DNA of 64,000 nucleotides, from contig JANJGN010000071.1 of the NCBI GenBank assembly GCA_026770705.1, forward strand, positions 1,302,001-1,366,000. Direction: 5' to 3'. Shown here one piece after another: positions 49,336 through 62,731 of the stretch (within the stretch, counting starts at the first letter, position 1; every line of letters begins with the position of its first letter). The notes beneath the pieces are model-generated. The model had not been told where the DNA came from. It worked only from the letters and a program-made list of their open reading frames with translations, and made no database searches. Made by a program: the position numbers and the translations under genes. Source of the DNA: Isurus oxyrinchus. Lineage: Eukaryota.

Positions 49336-49617
49336 ATTCCACAGTGATGGTGATGAATCCCTCCACTGCTCCATGTTCATTCTCTACCACACACTGATAG
49401 TCTCCAGTGTCCCTGGATGTAACGTGAGGAATCACCAACCACAGCTCATTGTTGGAACTTGTTCTGTTCATTGGGACATTAAGATGTCGCCACGTCAGGT
49501 TAGAAGCTGGGAAGCTCTCGACAGAGCAGATTATCACTGCAGAATTCCCCTCAATTATATTGATCGATGAAGCATTAATCATTTCAAGCGAAGTAAATGT
49601 GAGATTCTGTGGAGCAT
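49336..49617 (-). CDS. C2-set Ig exon 1 (gene C), open
   Basis: 282 nt, phase 1-1; DAPQNLTFTSLEMINASS...GDYQCVVENEHG...TVE. Confidence 0.9.
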
Positions 49618-52600
49618 CTAAGAACAAATCAAGTGTTTAATGTGAGCAAGCAGCGTGCACAGCAAGACTCCATGCATCATCTCTCTGTATCTGATGTCTG
49701 TATGCATTTCCAGATACCTTCCCTCCATATAACTTCCACTGTCAAATTTATAATGGGCACTGCCTCTGTAAACAGTCAAACTACAGTTACATTCTCCCAC
49801 CAGTAGAGGTGCTGTTCACCTAGAATGAAAGAAACTTTCACATCCTCAGGATTTTGCCAAGGGATTTACTGGAATGAATTGTATTTGATCGATGGAGCAC
49901 TGAGGGGTAAATCTACAATTCTCTGTTCAGGAGGTTGCTCATCCAGTTCAGGGTCTTGTTGATCTGGAGTTTACCTTCCTTCAACACAGAATCGGAGCTG
50001 ACACCGAGACTCCAGTGCAGCCCTGAGAGAGGAGAGGGACCTCGCGCGTGTTTATGTGTATGTGTTTGTGTTTCTACATATGTGAGTATGTTTGTGTGAG
50101 TATGCATGCATGTGTCTGTGTGTGCATGTGTGTATGTGTTTGCGCAAATGTGCGTGTGTCTTTGTGTATATTTCTGTGCATAAGTGAATGTGTGTACATG
50201 TGTATGTGTATGTGTGTGCACGTGTGAGTGTGTGTGTGTGAGTTGAGTGTGTGTATGTTTCTGTGTAGGTTTTTGCACGTGTATGACTGTGTGTAAATGT
50301 GCATGTATGTGCCTACACATGAGTGTGTGTGTGTGTGTGTGTGTGTGTGTACATGTGTGCATGTGGATTGTCGCATCTTTATTATTAACGTTATTTAAAA
50401 ATAGTGATCACACAAGCCTGGCTTCTAAGGAGATGAAACTGCAAACAATTTACAGTATAGTGAAATGTACAGGAATAATCTATTTATTTTGAGTTGATGA
50501 TATATAATTATACATGAGGCATGTTGCTAATTTCAAACATCATCTGAAATATGGCAGGTCTGACAGAGCAGCATTCGCTCAGTGTCCACCCTCTGACAGT
50601 GCAGCACTCCCTCAGCATTGACGCTTTGAGAGTGCAGCACTCCTTCAGTATTGACCCTCTGGAAGTGCAGCACTCCCTCAGTGTTAACCCTCCAACAGTG
50701 CAGCACTCCCTGAGTACTGACCCTCTGACAGTTCAGCACTGCCTCAGTACTGACCCTTTGATAGAGCAGGGTTTCCCTCAGTACTGACCTCCTGACAGTG
50801 CAGCACTCCCTCAGTACTGACCCTCTGACAGTGCAGCACTCCCTCAATATTGACCCTCCAACAGTGCAGCACTCCCTCAGCACTCCCTCACTGGGGAGAG
50901 TCCATCTGGGTTTTGAGCTGAAACCTTGAGACGGTTTGAAAACCCCAACCTGCTGTCTTGGAGAGAGAGAGAGAGAGAGTGAGTGCGTGTGTGAGAAAGA
51001 GAGACAATGTGTGTGTGAGAGAGTGACAGTGCGTATGTGTGCGAGAGAGAAGGATAGAGAGAAAGAGAAAATGTGTGAGAGAGCAAAAGAGAGGTAGAGT
51101 GTGTGTGTGCATGAGAGAGAGAGGTAGCTGAATTGTGTGAGAGAGAGAGTGTGTGTGAGAGAAAGGGAATGTCTGTGTTAGAGAGAGAGCTTATGTGTGA
51201 GAGAGAAAGAAAGAGAGAGAATCTGTGTGTGTTAGATAGTGTGTGTGTGAAAGAGAGAGTGTGTATGTGAGAGAGCGTGTGCGTGAGAGCGTGTGTGTGT
51301 GTGTGTTTGAGAGAGAGGGTTTATGTGTTTGAGAGAAGGAGTGTGCGAGAGAGGGTGTGCGTGTTTGAGAGGGAGTGTGTGTGTTTAAAAGAATGAACAA
51401 GGGAAAATGTGTGTGTGTGTGTGTGTGTGTCTGCGTGTGCATTCTGAATGAGCTGAGTTACAGAGTGAGCGAAAGGTACAAAAATAGTGTGAGAGAGAGG
51501 GAGAGATACAGAGTGGGAGAAGGAGACAGGGGAGAGAGAGGGAGAGAGACAGGAAAAGGGAGAGAGGAGAGAAAGATTGGGAGAGAGGGCAATTGAGAGG
51601 AAGAGCAGGAGAGAGAGAGACAGGGAGAGGAGGAGTGGATGAGAGGAAGAGAGAGAGAGATATGGAGCAGGAGAACACCTCCTCCGGTCCCGATGTTCCT
51701 CCAAAATCTCTGACATTACTGCATCTCCCGGGTCCCCCTGATTCCCATCGCTCCACCATTGGTGGCCGTGCCTTCAGCTGCCTGGGGCCCTGAGCTCCGG
51801 AATACCCTCCCTTAACCTCTCTGCCTCTCTCTCTCTCTCTCCTTTAAGACGCTCCTTAAAAACTGACATCTTTGACCAAGCTTTTGGTCACCTATCCCTA
51901 ATATCTCCATATGTGACTCAGTGTTAGACTTCTCTCTGATTTACGCTCCGGTAATGTGGGCTGGGACATTTTGCAATGTCAGAGGCGCTGTGTAAATGCA
52001 AGTTGTGAGTGTTATGTGGAAGGGAGACCCCAGGCGGCAGTCAGTGCCAGAGACTGGAGTCATTGTGCGCAGACCGTATCTAATCTCTCCGAATGCACAA
52101 TCGGTTTGACTGTCAGCCAAAGCACTTTTGATATTTGATCCTTCTAACTGTTTATAACCAGGCCTACATCATACACCGAGAGGCTGGTTAATCAACAGAC
52201 ACCTTAGAGGATCGAGTGAAAGACAAAGAGGACTTGCATTTCTCTATAAAAACAAAGAAAACTGCGGATGCTGGAAATCCAAAACAAAAACAGAATTACC
52301 TGAAAAAACTCAGCAGGTCTGGCAGCATTGGCGGAGAAGAAAAGAGTTGACGTTTCGAGTCCTCAGAAGGGTCATGAGGACTCGAAAAGTCAACTCTTGC
52401 ATTTCTCTAGCGCCTTCCAACACATCAGGACGTCCCAAACTGTTTCGCAGACAATCAAGTGCTTTTTTTTCTTTCATGTGAGGTCACTGATGTACTGTGG
52501 GAAAAGAATCAGCCATTGGCGCACAGTAAGATCCCACAGACAGCAGCATGATAATGACCAGCGCGCTCCCAGTACTTGCACTGCAAGAGTCAGTTCAGGG

Positions 52601-53371
52601 TGTCTGCTCGATTCTCTGCAACTCTCAGCTCTGAGTTAAAAGGACCACCAGGCGTAATTGAGGAATGACCGAGCTGTCGGAGGGTCAGTACCGGCGGGGG
52701 GGCAGGACAGTCGGAGGGTCAGTACTGAGGGGGTGCTGCATTGTCAGACGGTCAGTCTTGGAGTGCTGCATTGTCAGAGGGCCAGTACCGGCGGGGGACT
52801 GCACAGTCGGAGGGTCAGTACTGAGGGGTTGCTGCATTGTCAGACGGTCAGTACTGAGGGATTGCTGCACAGTCGGAGGGTCAGTACTGAGGGGGTGCTG
52901 CACTGTTGAAGGCGCTGTCTTTCAGATGAGATGTTAAACTGAGACAACATCTGCCCTCTCAGATGGATGTAGAGGATTCCATGGCCACAATTTAGATGAG
53001 GTGCGTCAGGAGTTGGGGGTATGTGTGGAGGGGGTGGTGGGGGCTGGATGGGGTGGAGTTATGTCTGCTTTCCTGGGGCAAACATTTATCCCTCAACTGA
53101 CATTGGTAAAAAACTGAAAATCGGGGCCATTATCACATTTCTGTTTGTGGGATCTTGCTGTGCGTGAATTGCCTGCTGCGTTTCCTACATTACAGCGGTG
53201 AGCTCACTTCAGAAAAAGTCCTTCCTTCAGCTGTGGAACACTTTGGGCCATCCTGAGGAGGGGAAAGGCGCTAGAGAAATGCGCCATCCTCCTTCCAATG
53301 ACGCGCCTGATTGAAATGATGCCTTCTTTCTTTCCGGAATGTTCTCACCTATTGTGCTCCTGCTTTTCCAG

Positions 53372-53488
53372 GGCTCCTTGCTGCAGCGCCAGAAGAGAAT
53401 GGGCAGACAGCAGCTCTGCAGATTCTGCTGTAACTGCTGTAATTGGAGAGAACCAAATGAGACTTGTGGTCTCTGCTGTAGATATTAG
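53372..53488 (+). pseudogene. hamp: Orphan hepcidin exon 3 (second paralogue; exons 1-2 not present in the window)
   Basis: cttttccAG acceptor; GSLLQRQKRMGRQQLCRFCCNCCNWREPNETCGLCCRY*; open, 8 Cys, canonical RQKR site. Confidence 0.85.
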
Positions 53489-53935
53489 ACCCTGGCCTCA
53501 TTCACGCAAGGTCATCCTGCACCATGCCACAGCCTCTCCCCTCCTTATCTACTGCTTAGCAATCTATTTCACACAGGCCCTGTTCATTAATTCCAACTGA
53601 AACTTTACCTGCGTTTTACAGCAGGGAAAGAAGCCATTTGGCCCATCTGCTCCATGCTGGTGTTTCTGCTCCACACGAGTCTCCGCCCACCCCTTCTCCA
53701 TCTCACCCCATCACCATATCCTTCTATTCATTTCTCCCTCGTGTGTTTATCCAGCTTCCCCTTAAATACATCGACACTATTCACCTCACGTGACTGTGTT
53801 TGTGTCTGTCTTTATGAGCGTGTGTGTGTGACTGTCAATATGTGTGTGTTAATGTGAATGTGTGTGATTGTGTCAGCGTGTGTGTGTGTATGTGTGACTG
53901 TCAGTGCGTGTCAATGTGAATGTGTGTGATTGTGT

Positions 53936-53975
<40 letters not shown>

Positions 53976-55969
53976 CTGTGTCAGTGTGTGTCAATGTGAA
54001 TGAGTGAGTGTGTCAGTGTGTCTGTGTGGGTGTGTGTGACTGTGTCAGTGTGTGTCAATGTGAATGAGTGAGTGTGTCAGTGTGTCTGTGTGGGTGTGGG
54101 TGTGTGAGTGTGCAAGTGAATGTGTGAGGAATCTTATGACTAAGTCATTTGAATGGATGTTACTGGGGTTAATGATAGTTAAAATTCAGAGAGATGTAAA
54201 GCGGGCTCCTGATTTTGCTGCTTTATGCTCCCGGGCACAGATTGACCCCGACAATGTGTTCATGATTCACCATCATCTTGTCGGGACTTTAATTGTAAAG
54301 ATTATGATTTGTGAAAAAAAATGAATAAACAACTTTTGTCTTCACAAAGTGTCTGGCTTGGTATTTCAGGCTACTTGTCTCTCCCTCACCCTCCCCCCCC
54401 ACCATGCCCCCCACACCAGGGAACAATTGTCCCCCCTTCCTCTGAAGTTCTGGGTAAAGATCAGCTTTATTCAATGCAAGCTGTTCCGACATCGAGAACG
54501 TTGTTACAAATATCTCACAAAGGGCACACGCCATGATAGCCCACTTTCAACAGATTTTACCAGTTGACCAGGTTGAAAACCTTTTCATAAACCACAACGT
54601 AGGTGTTCAATTCTTGCTGCTGTTTGCTTAATGTTCTCATAACTGCTATAACCTCTCTAGTTCCACTACATAACAACACCAACATAAATAAACAGAAGCA
54701 GGAGTAGGCCTTTTGGCCTCCCAAGCCAGCTTGTCCATTCAATTTGAACCTGGCTCCTGCTGAAAGTTATTTAAGTTGAAGCGATAAAGCCATCAGGTGC
54801 AGGGATTAAAATGTAAGCAAAGGAAAAATAATACTTAGACATGAGATTTAAAATCAGTTTCTGTGAAGAATCATACTGAGGCCATTGCACTGGATTCCTT
54901 CTTTCCAGAGTGAAGGGTTTAAAACTAGGAGTCACATTCAGCAGCTGCGTTGTCTTCTCTAGTTGACTATTTGGAGGTTGCCTATAGATGTGAATCAGCA
55001 GGTCAGCAGCTTTGGGGAGTGAGTGAAGGTCCCTTTTATTTACAGGATCTGCCACAGGGTGTGCAGGAATATTCCTGCTGAATTCTCCATCCTTGCATTC
55101 ATGAAGGGTTTGAAACTGGAAGTCATATTCAGCAGCTGCAATGGCCTCTGTAGCCAACTGTCTGGAGGTTGCCTGTACATGTGGACTCAGCAGGTCAACA
55201 GCTTTGTAGGGTGGGGGGGGTGCACGGGTAGTAAAGGTCCCTTTACTTTAAAGGCTCTGCCAGTGCAACACTTGATGATCCTGGGTCAAAATCATGTATC
55301 ACCCTCCCCAACAGCACTGTGGATGTGCCCGATGGAGGTTCCTTGGCTTCGACAAGCAGCCTACCAGCTCTGCTCTCAATTCCTCTTCGCACTTGCTTCC
55401 TTCCTCCTCTGGTCTTTACTTTGTTATAGTGTTAGTGTCCGCTCTGCCTTTTTTGTTGCTTTCCCAATTCTTCCCACCAACTCTCTCTGGCTTGATCCTT
55501 CTCTGTGCTCATCTCATTGGTTTGGGTTTCTATCCGTTCATTGACCTGGTGTAATCTGAAACTGGTGCAATCAGGTAGGGGTGGGGGGGTTGGCGCTGGC
55601 CGTGGGTGGTGATACACGGCTACCTTTTTACCAAAATTCTTTCACGGGATGTGGACAGCGTTTGTTACCTGTTCCTGACTGACCCCTTGAGAAGGGGGTG
55701 CTGAGCTGCCTTTTCGAAGTGCTGCAGTTCGCCTGGTTGACTGCTCTGTGGCGGGTTTTGATATAACTCAGTAGCTTGCTCGGCCATTTCAGGGGCCAGT
55801 TAAGAGTCAACCACATTGCTGTGGGTCAGGAGTCACACGTAGGCCAGAATGGGTAAGGACGGCAGGTTTCCTTCCCCAAAGGGCATTAGTGACCCAGATG
55901 GGTTTTTGCAACAATTGGCCTTAGTTTCATGGTCACCATTACTGAGACTAGCTTCGCATTCCAGATGTC

Positions 55970-57925
55970 ACATCCAGTCATGGACAATTAAACAACTCAC
56001 TGGAGGAGGAGGCTCCACAAATATCCCCATCCTCAATGATGGAGGAGCCCAGCAGATCAGTGCAAAAGACAAGACTGAAGCATGCGCAACAATCTTCAGC
56101 CAGAAGTGCTGAGTGGGTGATCCATCTCGGCCTCCTCCTGAGGTCCCCAGCATCAGAGATGCCAATCTTTAGCCAATTCGATTAATTCCACGTGATATCA
56201 AGAAAGGGCTGAAGGCACTGGATATTGCAAAGGCTCCAGGCCCTGACAATATTCTGGCAATAGTACTGAAGACTTGTGCTCCAGAACTTGCTGCGCCCCT
56301 AGCCAAGCTTTTCTGGAATTTTCTAGTACAGCTGCAACACTGGCAACTACCCGGCTATGAGGTACGTCCTGTACACAAAAAGCAGGACAAATCCAACCCA
56401 GCCAATTCCCCAGCAGTCTATTCTTGATCATTACTAAAGTGATGGAAGGGGTCATCAACAGCGCTTGCAAGCAGCACCTGCTTACCAAGAACCTGCTCAC
56501 TGACGCTCAGTTTGTGTTCCACCAGGATCATTCAGCTCCTGGCCTCATTACAGCCTTGGTTCAAACATGCACAAATGAGCTGAACTCCAGAGGTGAGAGG
56601 GACTGCCCTTGACATCAAGGCAGCATTTGACTGAGTGTGGCAAATCAAGGAGCCCGAGCAAAACTGGAGTCAATGGGAATCGGGGGAAAACTCTCCGCTG
56701 CTTGGAGTCATACCCTGCACAAAGGACGATGGTTGTGATTGTTGGGGGTCAATCATCTCAGTTCCAGGACATCACTGCAGGAGTTACTCAGGGTAGTGTC
56801 CTAGGCTCAAACATCTTCAACTGCTTCATCAATGACCTTCCTTCCATCATAAGGTCAGAAGTGGGGATGTTTGCTGATGTTTGCACAATGTTCAGCACCA
56901 TTCACGGCTCCTCAGATACTGAAGCAAGTTATGTCCAAATGCAGCAAGACCTGGACAACATCCAGGCTTGGGCTGACAGGTGACAAGTAACATTCATGCC
57001 ACACAAGTACCAGGCAATGACCAGCTCCAACAAGAGAGAATCTAATTGAAGGTGCAGAAAATTTGGATTTATGTTCAAGAGCCAGCCAGGACCAGCAGCT
57101 AGGGCGCCAAAGCGTACACATCCTTACGTGAAAACTTAAAAACCTGTACTAAGGGCTCAGTTGGAAATTTGCAATGAGGAAATGGGAGACACACACACAA
57201 GGACACAGGGTGACTCAATCAAGAAATGGGGAAGGTTATTTCACACCGTCCGATGGCCTTGAACCACATCCAGTCAGCCTCCGGTAACCTTTTGTATCGA
57301 ACAAACATAGATTCTTTGCTGTCTCAAAAGGACAATAGCCAGTCTCTGCCCTGTAATTACTGAACAAGAACACAATTATCAGCCCACCGGAGGGTCATTG
57401 TGCTGTGGCCTTTGTCTAACTAATACCATTACCTTGTAACTGAGAGTAAAAAATATATAAACTGTGCTCATTTGAACCTCGGTGGAGAAGCGCCTGTACT
57501 GCCCAGCGTTTGCTCCCCACATGCGTAATAAAGGAACCACTTGAATATTGCATCTGGAGTCCGAGTGTTGAAATTTTGTACCAGAATATCCCACAGACCA
57601 TTCATAACCATCGCCCCTTGGCATTCAATGGCATTACCATCAATGAATCCCCCAATATCAACATCCTGGGAGTTACCATTGAGCAGAAACTGAACTGGAC
57701 CAGCCATATAAACACTGTGGCTGCAAGAGCAGGTCAGAGGCTGGGAACCCTGCAGACAGTAACTCACCTCCTGACTCCCCAAAGCCTGTCCACCATCTAC
57801 AACGCACAAGTCAGGAGTGTGATGGAATACTCTCCACATGCCTGGATGAGTGCAGCTCCAACAACACTCAAGAAGCTCGAAACCATCCAGGACAAAGCAG
57901 CCCGATTGATTGGCTCCCCTTCCAC
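55970..57925 (+). mobile_element. CR1-type LINE RT fragments (mirror of 22.6-23.7 kb plus an extra 3' part)
   Basis: GVTQGSVLG..FINDLP..MFADV; ILGVTIEQKLNWTSHIN...YNAQVRSVMEYSPHAW. Confidence 0.88.
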
Positions 57926-59424
57926 AGAGCTAGATAGATTCTTGATTAACAATGGGGTGAAAGGTCATTGGGGGTAGGCAGGAATGTGAGGTTGAGGTGA
58001 CAATCAGATCAGCCATGATCTTACTGAATGGCGGAGCAGGTTCGAGGGGCTGAGTGACCTACTCCTGATCCTAACTCAGATATCCATATGTTCTCAAAGG
58101 CAAATGGGGATGGGCAACAAATACTGGCCTAGTCAGCGACACCAACATCCCTGAAATGAATAAGAAAAAAATGTATCAATCAATTAAATTTATTGATTAA
58201 TCGAATTGAAATTCCTCCAGCTGCCGTGGTGGGATTTGAACCCGTGCCTTCAAAGCATTCACCTGGGCCTCTGGATCACTGGCCTAGTGCCATTCCCATG
58301 GTGCGACTGTCTGCTATCATCATGGCTCTTTCACATCGATGTGGAAGTCCTGATAACAGAAGCATTGGACGAGGTACAGAAAGGTGACAAATCAGGAGCT
58401 CCATTGCTCAATATGAACGGATAATAAAGATAAATGAACATAAACCTTCCAGTCGCTAATTAGGGAGTCACTGTGGAACCCATGAGTCCCTCGCAGCGCT
58501 ATTGCAACCTTCTGGATCCCCAGTAGGGGACTCGGGGTGCAGCTGTGTCTTCCTCATCATTTGGAAAAGCCGGAATTGTTCGGGTGCCCCTTCAAACAGG
58601 CCGAAGATGCAGTGGGTGATGTCTCCCACAGGCCCTGGGAGACCTCCCCTGCCAATTTGTTTTGTAGCTTATTCTTCAACTGCGACATTGGATCAGCTTG
58701 AAAAAGGGTGGGGCTGAGGCAATGCCACCAGGTAAGCGTCTATTCCCTCACACGTCACCCCCCCCCCACCCCCGTAACCATCACAGTCCCTCCCATCGTG
58801 CTGGAGGAGCATAATGTGCACATTCCCCTCCTTCCAATCAGTCTCCTCCCTTCCTCTCTAATCCTTGATCTTATTGTGTTCGGGGTTGACATCCCAGTCC
58901 TCCTCCCTAGACTGTCTGATGTTGACATCCCAATGCCCCATGTAGACCTGACCTCTCTCCAACTAGAGGTCCATTGTACTGTGACTTACAGAGACCACCG
59001 GCCCCCCTCGATTCCCACCCCCACCCCTACCCTCTATATTACCTGCTCCCCACTGACAGGCTGCAGATGCCTCCCCTGACTGGGATTGTGCCACCTGCGG
59101 CCTAGTATCAAGCCACCCACCCCCAGGACCGACGTGTGTGAGGGACTGACCACGTCCTGCACACCATGCTGGGCACCACCAACCCAGGACTGCCAGGCTC
59201 TCCCCACCACACTGGACTGGGACTAGAATAGGCGTGCCAAGCACAGCTCTCTAAATCGTGGCGCAGACCCACAGCACTCGCAATGTTTTGTGGCCCGAAT
59301 CCTTGCTGAGGAACTGCCCAGCACTAAAAGCAAAAAAACTGCGGATGCTGGAAATCCAAAACAGAAACAGAAACAGAAATACCTGGAAAAACTCAGCAGG
59401 TCTGGCAGCATCGGCGGAGAAGAA

Positions 59425-60270
59425 CTGAGGTAGTGCAGCACTGTCGGAGGTTCAGTACTGAGGGAGTGCTGCACTGTCGGAGGGTCTGAGCTGAGGGAGT
59501 GCTGCACTGTCGGAGGCTCTGAACTGAGGGAGTGCTGCACTGTCGGAGGGTTTGAACTGAGGGAGTGCTGCACGGTCGGAGGGTCTGAGCTGAGGGAGTG
59601 CTGCACGGTCGGAGGGTCTGAACTGAGGGAATGCTGCACTTTCGGAGGGTTTGAACTGAGGGAGTGCTGCACTGTCGGAGGCTCTGAAATGAGGGAGTGC
59701 TGCACTGTCGGAGGGTTTGAACTGAGGGAGTGCTGCACTGTCGGAGGGTCTGAACTGAAGGAGTGCTGCACTGTCGGAGGGTTTGAACTGAGGGAGTGCT
59801 GCACTGTCGGAGGGTTTGAACTGAGGGAGTGCTGCACTATCGGAGGGTATGAACTGAGGGAGAGCTGCACTGTCGGAGGGTTTGAACTGAGGAAGTGCTG
59901 CACTGTCGGATGGTTTGAACTGAGGGAGTGCTGCACTGTCGGAGGGTCTGAACTGAAGGAGTGCTGCGCTGTCGGAGGGTCTGAACTGAGGGAGTGCTGC
60001 ACTGTTGGAGGGTCTGAACTGAGAGAGTGCTGCACTGTCGGAGGGTCTGAACTGAGAGAGTGCTGCACTGTCGGAGGTTCTGAACTGAGGGAGTGCTGCA
60101 CTGTCGGAGGGTCTGAAATGAGGGAGTGCTGCACTGTCGGAGGGTTTGAACTGAGGGAGTGCTGCACAGTCGGAGGGTCTGAACTGAGGGAGTGCTGCTC
60201 TGTCGGAGGGTTTGAACTGAGGGAGTGCTGCATTGTCGGAGGGTCTGATCTGAGGGAGTGCTGCACTGTC
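59425..60270. repeat. Expanded 33-bp satellite array (about 25 copies)
   Basis: (gagggagtgctgcactgtcggagggtttgaact)n; the paralogous site at 20633-20850 has only about 6 copies. Confidence 0.95.
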
Positions 60271-61001
60271 TAAAGAACATTGTACAAATTGCACAAAATT
60301 TAATCTGATGCCTGTGTCTCATGCTAACATGAAGTTCATGCACACAACAGGAATATTTCTCTCTGTTTCTCTGCAGCAAGACAGCTTTGGTATCACACCA
60401 CCCACTGGCAAGAGTGTGCAGCTACAATGTGACATGTTTACATTGGAAATTTCTATTATAAAGATGGACAGAGGAATTCATCTGATTGGAATACGTGACA
60501 ACAGGAAGCTATGTCTTTGAGCCAAGAATTTTGCAGCAAAACAAGAATTTTAATCTTTAAATATCTACAGAACAGGCTGAGCATTTTAATCACTTGAGTT
60601 AATCAATGTAATTTTATTCATAACCCAAATGCTTCTTACAATCTATCGCAGCATGAAAAAGGTGCAGCATTCAGAAAGCACATTCCAATCAGAGAACAGA
60701 GTTTAGCAACGGCACATTTCTGTTCATTCCTACTCGATGAACAATTTCAAAAGGAAATTGGACGGAAATTGGAAATAAATTTGCAGGGATACGGGGATAG
60801 AGCGGGGGATGGGACTGAGTGCATTGCTTTACAGAGAGACAGCATAGACTCAATGGGCCAAATGTCCTCCTCCATTGCTGGAATGACTCGATGATACGGA
60901 GATGATTCTAACCAGGACACTGACCAGTTTCTTTACAACTTAACACAACATCACACGTTATTTGTCCGCACTGACTGACCAGATTGTTGCTGTACAAAGC
61001 T

Positions 61002-61141
61002 TCAAACAGTCTGTCGACTTCCTTTCACTGTTTGTCTCTCCCAGACACAGACTCCAGCGATAGTGATAACCACAGCCACAAGGAATATCACAGCTCGTAT
61101 TCCCAGGATCAGGATCACGTGCAGAATCTCTCCTCCACTGT
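61002..61141 (-). CDS. Terminal TM exon with intramembrane Arg (activating type, gene D)
   Basis: Same peptide as 19064-19203: SGGEILHVILILGIRAVIFLVAVVITIAGVCVWERQTVKGSRQTV*. Confidence 0.85.
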
Positions 61142-62255
61142 CTAGAGAACACACAGAAAGAAATCATCACTGACTCTCCGCTTTCAATCTCTCACTCTGG
61201 CTGAACAATCAAGCTTCATATCACTGCAACATTTGCTGTAATATTGACCCATCCACTGGGATTCAATGTGGAATGAATGTTTTCATTGTAAACACTCTAA
61301 GAGTGGACAATCGGTACTTTCCCCTTAGCGTGGAACATTGGTGAGAATGGATCATTGTGCTGTTGGACTCCCTGTCCAATGTTTCTCTCCATCGCTGTGT
61401 ACAGGATTGTGCTGTAGAAAATTCTGGAAACGTTTAGTGCAGGGTGGAAATCCATCTCGGACGTGTGTGCGAATTGGGCAGTATCGGGATGGACTCCCCC
61501 ACGGACATACACCCCCCGCTTAATAAACAGTTCCAATCTTTACCCAGAGAGAGGGGAGAATGTGGAACTCGCTCCCACAGGGAGTGGTCGAGGTGAATAG
61601 TAGCAAATTAGGAAGTGAAATTGCTTGAAAAGCTTGGAGATGCAAGGGTTAAGTGTTACCGTGCTACCACTGGTGGGAGAGTGTAACTACAGTGTGACGT
61701 TTACATAGGCAATCCCCATTATGAACATGGACATCATGTGAAAAATGGGCACTGGAAAGCTGAGAACTTGATGTAAGCTTTTCACCAACAGGAATTCCCT
61801 TCCTAAACCTCTCCACTTCCCTCTTATTCTCAGATACTCAAACAAAATTTCACACAAAATCACGTAAGGAGGAATTGGGACTGGTGACTGGTCAAAGAGT
61901 TAGATTTCAGGAAGGTTCTTAAAGTAGGATAGAGAGTTGGAGAGGCAGAGAGTATCTGTGAGTATCTCTGTGCATCTGAGTGTCTGTAATAGACTTTGCA
62001 ATTTCCATATTCTTCCATAAATATGAAAGGGAACACAAATCCCAGAATCCAGGTCAACTCTCCGGTGCAGCACTGAGGGAGGTCAGGTAATCCACAGGGG
62101 AGTATGTGCTAGTGTGTTTGTTTGTGAGTGTGTCTTTGTGTGTGCTCATAGATGTGGGATTGTGTGTCTGCAGGTGTCTATTTAAGGCTGTATATTTATG
62201 TGTGTTTTTGTAGTGTTTCAATCTGAGAGAGATGTTGAAGTTTGTCTTAACTAAC

Positions 62256-62391
62256 GTTCCACAGTGATGGTTATGAACCCCTCCACTGCTCCATGTTCAT
62301 TCTCTGAGCACACTGATAGTCTCCAGTGTCCCTGGATGTAACTGTGAGGAATCACCAACCACAGCTCATTGTTGGAACTTGTTCTGTTCAT
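62256..62391 (-). pseudogene. 5'-truncated C2 exon relic (mirror of 17244-17379)
   Basis: Same truncation point; also carries a +1 and a -1 indel that scramble the GDYQC motif. Confidence 0.82.
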
Positions 62392-62731
62392 TGTGATATT
62401 CAGATGTCAGGACCGGACTCAACAAGACAGATTGCAGGTTTACCAACAGAAAGTGAACAACAATTTATATTTAAAGGGAAGAAAGTGCAGGTTAATCAGC
62501 AAGTGGTCTCTGATTGGAGGAGGTGTTGCCATGGAAAATAATGTGTGTGAGATGTAAAGTTTAGACAGCTTGTCCCTTCATTCAGCAACAATCAAATAAA
62601 GATCAGTTAACTTCTATCGACTGTGAAGCACTTTGAGAGGCATGAGAATGTGGATACTGAGAATGGGCTGCACTGTCAGAGGGTCAGCGCTGAGGGAGTG
62701 CTGATGTAGAATGAATGGTGTATGTAATTAC

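Noticed and set aside
59223-60379. Long periodic ORFs (347, 280, 194 and 180 aa)
   Set aside because: Translations of the 33-bp satellite, open on both strands because the unit length is a multiple of 3; no splice or domain support.
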